Source of the DNA: Ignavibacteriales bacterium
Lineage (GTDB): Bacteria > Bacteroidota > Ignavibacteria > UBA10030
Assembly (NCBI GenBank): GCA_026390585.1
Contig: JAPLFP010000173.1
Location: forward strand, 269-64,268
Direction: 5' to 3'
Length of the DNA stretch: 64,000 nucleotides
How positions within the stretch are numbered: position 1 is the stretch's first letter; each line of letters starts with the position of its first letter. The notes under the pieces are model-generated. The model did no database searches. It had not been told where the DNA came from and saw only the letters and a program-made list of their open reading frames with translations. Positions 59,516 through 64,000 of the stretch are shown piece by piece. A program made the translations under genes and the position numbers.

Positions 59516-60803
59516 AGACTAATCCCAGCTGCTTGCGTTTTGGGCGATCGGGGATCCAGCGGAAGCCGTCAAGGTTGTACTCGTGTTCATGATTCATGAT
59601 CATGCGCTCCGGAAAATACTTTCCCTCGACTCCGCCAACAATCTTGATGCGGTCAATTTTGCCCGCGATGAATTCCATGAGGATGCGATCGCCACTTGAT
59701 CGGTTGACGCCATTTGGTTCGAGACCATCGAACAAGTAGTAGAGGCTGGTCGCTGTCCGATCTGCGTCAATCCCGTCGATTTTTCCATTCATAAAGTGCA
59801 TCGTGATATCCCGCGCTGAGAGCTGATTGAATCTCCAACGATGAATTGAGTCAACCCTCGAGACAGCGAATGCATGTCCATAGACAAAAACGTGGTCCAA
59901 CCTACGTTCGTTCGTGTGAACGACGATCGAGTCACCGGTCACCTGGTTCTCAGCATGCCACACGACGGGCTTGTTGCGAAGGATCACGCGGTCCCCTTTG
60001 AGGTAGTAGACCGCATCGCCGCACCGCGCCGCAAAATCGGTCCGAGCCATTTCCACCCTGCCCCGGGCGATGAAATAGCTCGATGTGTCCTGAAACGCTT
60101 CCATGAACGACCCCGTCACCACCAGTGTATCGACCACACCTGCTGAGGTCGTATCGACCTGCATTAACTTTGGTCTCTTTGGTACGACTGAGTATTTCCT
60201 TTTGTCGAAGTGGATGACAGAATCGCCGAACACCGTAAGGTTATTCTCCGGGCTGAAGATACTCACATTCCCAACCCCGATCGACTTCTCCTCGTTCTCG
60301 AAATATGTCAGCGAGTCAGAAAGCGTCGAAGAGGTAGAATCGACGACGTGGACCGATCCATAAAACTCGGCACGTTTCTCGTTCGCCCAGTATTTGCCAC
60401 GATCCGCAGTCAGTACCATTCGCCCACGTGTCAATCGAACACCCTTTGGCAGCTCCGCCCTTTGCTCATCGCCAAAGTACAGACCTTCGGTCGATGTGAG
60501 GTTGATGCTATCCCGGATAATTCTCACGTGGCCGAACAATTGGACGACGTTCGTTTGCAGGTTCCGCAATGCGGAATCACACCAGATCGTCACATTCCCT
60601 GTCGGAGAGGGCTGAACCATATGCACCGTCCCGATGAGCGCCTGGATCTGCTGGCTCCCAACGGTGCGTACATCCAATACCTGGGTTGGCGGGAGCACCT
60701 CGAATGCCCTCTGCTGAGCATGAACCCAGCCGGTCGAAATGGCCCCACTGACGAACAAAAGCCACAATGCAGATTTCATTGGCTGGCGTACCATCCGCAT
60801 CAT
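59499..60803 (-). CDS. OstA/LptA-like periplasmic protein (long form)
   Basis: Signal peptide and repeated OstA-type beta-jellyroll segments. It sits between lptC and lptB. The ATG at 60803 overlaps the lptC stop, and ATG at 60779 is the alternative. Confidence 0.6.
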   Translation of the reverse strand: MMRMVRQPMKSALWLLFVSGAISTGWVHAQQRAFEVLPPTQVLDVRTVGSQQIQALIGTVHMVQPSPTGNVTIWCDSALRNLQTNVVQLFGHVRIIRDSINLTSTEGLYFGDEQRAELPKGVRLTRGRMVLTADRGKYWANEKRAEFYGSVHVVDSTSSTLSDSLTYFENEEKSIGVGNVSIFSPENNLTVFGDSVIHFDKRKYSVVPKRPKLMQVDTTSAGVVDTLVVTGSFMEAFQDTSSYFIARGRVEMARTDFAARCGDAVYYLKGDRVILRNKPVVWHAENQVTGDSIVVHTNERRLDHVFVYGHAFAVSRVDSIHRWRFNQLSARDITMHFMNGKIDGIDADRTATSLYYLFDGLEPNGVNRSSGDRILMEFIAGKIDRIKIVGGVEGKYFPERMIMNHEHEYNLDGFRWIPDRPKRKQLGLVYESYN

Positions 60804-61348
60804 TCCGCCCGGACCTGCGCAGTCACTTTGAATATCCGATAGTTTCTTAGCCGTTGATCCGATTCGAATCCCTGCCCCTGGACTTTTTCCTTCGGCGACA
60901 CTATTGATACATAGTCCGGCGTGTGTATCAGCCTCCGTTTATTGTCCCAGAAAAGCCTCTCCGAACGAAGCCGCGTGCTGTCGTCAGAAACAACCAGAAC
61001 GTTGCCGAATGCGTCAATGTCGTACGTTTGTTCGTTGACCTTCCCGTTCAAAGCCGTCATCGTTGTCGTTTGTTTTCCCAATTCGTTGTAGAAATAGACG
61101 ACGACTCCCGAGTCCATCATGGTCTCCTGGGGATTGTCGAATTTCCTGATGTACCCGGCAATGATCTTGGCTTGGACCTTCCCCGAATCAGAAATGGTGA
61201 CCGTGCTGTGCCAGCTTTCCTGTTGCGGGCCGTGCTTCGTGTCAACACCCTGGAGAACGCTCGGTCTGATTTTCTCTCCGCATCCACAAAGACCAACCGC
61301 CAGAAATCCGACACACAGGATGATTGCTGCAACGTCAGACGATTTCAT
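60800..61348 (-). CDS. lptC: LPS export system protein LptC (lipoprotein form)
   Basis: 182 aa with lipobox GLCGC and an LptC-like beta pattern. It lies upstream of lptA-like and lptB. The start overlaps the kdsD stop. Confidence 0.65.
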   Translation of the reverse strand: MKSSDVAAIILCVGFLAVGLCGCGEKIRPSVLQGVDTKHGPQQESWHSTVTISDSGKVQAKIIAGYIRKFDNPQETMMDSGVVVYFYNELGKQTTTMTALNGKVNEQTYDIDAFGNVLVVSDDSTRLRSERLFWDNKRRLIHTPDYVSIVSPKEKVQGQGFESDQRLRNYRIFKVTAQVRAE

Positions 61349-62346
61349 CCGACCGAATCCTGCCGAAGCCCGGCTTTCACAAGATCGTGCAAATGAAGCA
61401 TCCCCACCGGGCGATGCAGTTCGTCAACAACCACCAGCTGCGTGATATTGAAAGACTCCATTTCCTCAAGCGCCGTCGCCGCAAGAAGTCCCTTTCGAAT
61501 CGTCTTGGGATTTTTGGTCATCGCATCAGCGGCGGTGACATTTGTGACATTGTTCGTTCGCTGAAGGAGTCTCCGCAGGTCGCCATCTGTGACAATTCCT
61601 CGTAACTTCCCTCCCGAATCGACCACACAAGTCGCACCCAGGCGTTTCGAGGTCATTTCAACAATCGCGTCCGAAAGCGGGACCTCTTCCCGAACAACGG
61701 GGACGTTTGCCCCCGACACCATCATTTCTTCGACACGAAGGAGAAGTCTCTTCCCAAGATTCCCTCCCGGATGGAACATCGCAAATTCTTCTTTCGTAAA
61801 TCCCCTTTTGTCGAGCAATGCGATTGCCAGTGCATCTCCAAGCGCCAATGTTGCGGTGGTCGAGGCCGTCGGCGCCAGATCATAAGGGCAAGCCTCCTCC
61901 TTCACGCTTGTGTCGAGGACAATATCGCTCTGGCGTGCAAGATGAGATCCAAGAGTACCAACCATCCCAATGATTTTGACTCCGATCCTGCGGAACATTG
62001 GTACCAGCTGGCGGATTTCCTCTGTGTCGCCACTCTTGGAGAGACAGATGACGACATCCTCTGCCCGCACCATTCCCAGATCTCCGTGAACAGCATCTGA
62101 AGGATGCAGGAAAACCGCCGCAGTTCCTGTGGAGTTCATTGTGGCGACAATCTTGCGTGCCACAAGCCCAGACTTTCCCATTCCTGTCACGATGACCCGT
62201 CCGGAGCTATTGAAAATGAGCTCAACCGCAGCTGCAAAGTTCTCGTCAATCCTGGATGCAAGCGCCTCAAGCGCTTCTGCTTCAACTCGAACTACTTCCT
62301 TGCCACGTTCGATGGATGTGTTCATAAGATCGCTCAGTTGCCTCAT
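61345..62346 (-). CDS. kdsD: Arabinose-5-phosphate isomerase (KpsF/GutQ family: SIS plus a CBS pair)
   Basis: SIS motif GMGKSG and tandem CBS domains. ATG at 62346 (or 62325) is preferred, because the 365-aa ORF overlaps the upstream gene. Confidence 0.85.
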   Translation of the reverse strand: MRQLSDLMNTSIERGKEVVRVEAEALEALASRIDENFAAAVELIFNSSGRVIVTGMGKSGLVARKIVATMNSTGTAAVFLHPSDAVHGDLGMVRAEDVVICLSKSGDTEEIRQLVPMFRRIGVKIIGMVGTLGSHLARQSDIVLDTSVKEEACPYDLAPTASTTATLALGDALAIALLDKRGFTKEEFAMFHPGGNLGKRLLLRVEEMMVSGANVPVVREEVPLSDAIVEMTSKRLGATCVVDSGGKLRGIVTDGDLRRLLQRTNNVTNVTAADAMTKNPKTIRKGLLAATALEEMESFNITQLVVVDELHRPVGMLHLHDLVKAGLRQDSVG

Positions 62347-62365
62347 CGGTTGAGAACTGAAATTC

Positions 62366-63157
62366 TTACCTCTGTCGTGTCTGCTTCTTCTTCCCTGCGA
62401 GCGACGCAACAGTGCGCCGGATCCAATTTGGTTTGCGTTCACCAGCCATGATCAAGTCCCCCTCCAACACGACCTTGTTTCGAAGTCTGTTGTACGATGA
62501 AAAAGCCCGGATCAGTTGAGATTCGCTCTGCGCGCCCGGGATCTGGAAAAGGCGATTCGGGTCGAGGGCGACTTTCGGATCATGGATCCCTGTCTGCAGC
62601 ATTAATTCGTTGTAGAAACCGGTCACGGGTATCAACGAATTGACTCCCGATTGTCCGTCATAGACCCAAATTCGACGATCCCTGCCGCAAAGAACGAGGA
62701 CAAGCGTTTGAGAAGCTGTCGTCGTCATCCTGATTTCACGAACGCTGGAGCGGCACGATGGACAGAGCTGAGACGGCAGCCACTCCGAAAAACTCCACTT
62801 TCGGATTTGCCGAAGATTCGCGACAGCCGCGCGGTCTGCCACTCCTTCCATCTCAAACTCAAGCTGGCCGCCGGATCGTTCGAGAATACTGATCGTTAGG
62901 GTACCTTGCTCATGCTCCACAACGCCGTATGCAAAAAGCTGAGGAAGTGGAGATTCGATGTCGACATTCCATCCGGCCTCTGCAAGGATGTAGTTGCCCT
63001 CACCGCGGCGTCCGACCGCCGCAACGGGCCAAGTTTCGATGAGCTTCCTGTATTTCGCATAACCAGTGCGCTCTTTCGGCAACACCCACAGCAGAAGCTC
63101 GCGCTCGAATGGTTTTAGTTCACGAGGAAGCCGTTCCAAGGACCTCATCACAAGCAT
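62366..63157 (-). CDS. Hypothetical protein (263 aa) embedded in the Kdo/Lpt operon
   Basis: There is no recognisable motif except a single CPSC. It is tightly packed between kdsC (1-nt gap) and kdsD (19-nt gap) on the same strand. Confidence 0.5.
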   Translation of the reverse strand: MLVMRSLERLPRELKPFERELLLWVLPKERTGYAKYRKLIETWPVAAVGRRGEGNYILAEAGWNVDIESPLPQLFAYGVVEHEQGTLTISILERSGGQLEFEMEGVADRAAVANLRQIRKWSFSEWLPSQLCPSCRSSVREIRMTTTASQTLVLVLCGRDRRIWVYDGQSGVNSLIPVTGFYNELMLQTGIHDPKVALDPNRLFQIPGAQSESQLIRAFSSYNRLRNKVVLEGDLIMAGERKPNWIRRTVASLAGKKKQTRQR

Positions 63158-63158
63158 C

Positions 63159-63659
63159 CTATGTATGAGCGTCCACGATCATGTCGATGACTTCCCGCAC
63201 TGCCCCATGTCCGCCTCTCTGCTCGCAGGCATAATGGACGACCTTCAGCACACTTGAGACGGCATCTGCCGGAGCCGCAGAAAATCCAACGCGTTTGAGG
63301 ACTGGAAGATCGGGCTCGTCGTCACCAATATACGCAACCTCTCTGTCGTGCAGACCGAATCTCTTCTTGATCCGGTTGTAAGCACTGAGTTTGTCGTGCA
63401 GATTCTGATGGAGTTCCGTGATACCGAGTTCCTCTGCCCTCCGCTCAATGATCTTGGACACTCTTCCCGTGATGATGCCAACCGGTATGCCAAACCGCCT
63501 GAGCTTGACGATGCCATATCCATCTTTCACGTTGAATTTCTTCAACTGTTCGCCCCTGCTGGAATAGTAAAGGCCTCCGTCGGTCATGACGCCGTCGACG
63601 TCAAGAAGGAGAAGCCGAATCCTGCGAAGCGCTGTTCGTGTAGGGCGTTTCGTCGACAC
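63159..63659 (-). CDS. kdsC: 3-deoxy-D-manno-octulosonate 8-phosphate phosphatase (HAD-IIIA)
   Basis: LLLLDVDGVMTDG, …GIITGR…, and …YIGDDEPDL… motifs. GTG start. Confidence 0.85.
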   Translation of the reverse strand: MSTKRPTRTALRRIRLLLLDVDGVMTDGGLYYSSRGEQLKKFNVKDGYGIVKLRRFGIPVGIITGRVSKIIERRAEELGITELHQNLHDKLSAYNRIKKRFGLHDREVAYIGDDEPDLPVLKRVGFSAAPADAVSSVLKVVHYACEQRGGHGAVREVIDMIVDAHT

Positions 63660-63680
63660 GTTCTGTCCTTTGTGGGAATG

Positions 63681-64000
63681 CTACTTTTTTGGATTCTGTC
63701 TCACCACAGCATCGATCGCCGTGACCTGTTTGACTAGCTCATCAAGGAGGTCCAGCTTGAGTTGGCTCGCTGCATCGCTCAGAGCCTTGGGCGGGTTCGG
63801 GTGTGTCTCGACAAAAATCGCATCACACCCCGCGGCGACTCCCGCTCGCGCTATCGGGAAAATGAATTCCGGCTGTCCTCCACTTTGTGTTGACTCTCCT
63901 CCAGGAAGCTGAACGGAGTGAGTCGCATCGAGAACCACCGGAAAACCGGATCGCCGCATGATCGCGAGTGACCGCATGTCAACAACAAGGTTGTGATAGC
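63681..64000 (-). CDS. kdsA: 2-dehydro-3-deoxyphosphooctonate aldolase (KDO8P synthase), 3' part only
   Basis: C-terminal region …[17 protein letters not shown]…[14 protein letters not shown]…. The ORF continues beyond the window edge. Confidence 0.85.
   Translation of the reverse strand, partial: YHNLVVDMRSLAIMRRSGFPVVLDATHSVQLPGGESTQSGGQPEFIFPIARAGVAAGCDAIFVETHPNPPKALSDAASQLKLDLLDELVKQVTAIDAVVRQNPKK

Overview
This is a 64-kb window of about 53-55% GC, densely coding, from a diderm bacterium. A complete Kdo/Lpt lipopolysaccharide operon is present, Shine-Dalgarno sites are used, and promoters look like TTGACA-N17-TAtAtT. A placement in the FCB group (Ignavibacteria/Kapabacteria-like) is only a weak guess.

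The content is almost entirely core housekeeping:
- Glycolysis and gluconeogenesis: gap, pgk, pckA.
- Isoprenoid synthesis: ispG.
- Purine and pyrimidine synthesis: purM, carA.
- Nucleotide reduction: class II nrdJ.
- Translation and RNA modification: valS, truA, rsmD.
- DNA repair: uvrB, dinB.
- Heat shock: the hrcA-grpE-dnaJ operon.
- Aromatic amino-acid genes.
- Envelope: a kdsA-kdsC-X-kdsD-lptC-lptA-like-lptB operon.
- Several peptidases (an M16 pair, M23, M19, S58, a rhomboid) and a handful of small lipoproteins and membrane proteins.

I found no tRNA or rRNA genes, CRISPR arrays, transposases, integrases, prophage genes or recognisable defence islands. I therefore do not claim a clear novel system.

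The items most worth a second look are:
1. A long-chain acyl-CoA synthetase gene carrying three in-frame stops and two frameshifts. It is the only broken gene among about 60.
2. A uvrB that lacks about 48 codons of a universally conserved segment.
3. A long CGAAA/TTTCG-rich imperfect hairpin between gap and pgk.
4. A GTGTCAGG...CCTGACAC palindromic element family.
5. A translationally coupled pair made of an unknown 151-aa protein and a four-helix-bundle protein.
6. An uncharacterised 263-aa gene embedded in the Kdo/Lpt operon.
7. A roughly 230-nt leader in front of nrdJ.

All functional calls come from motif recognition by eye, because no searches could be run.
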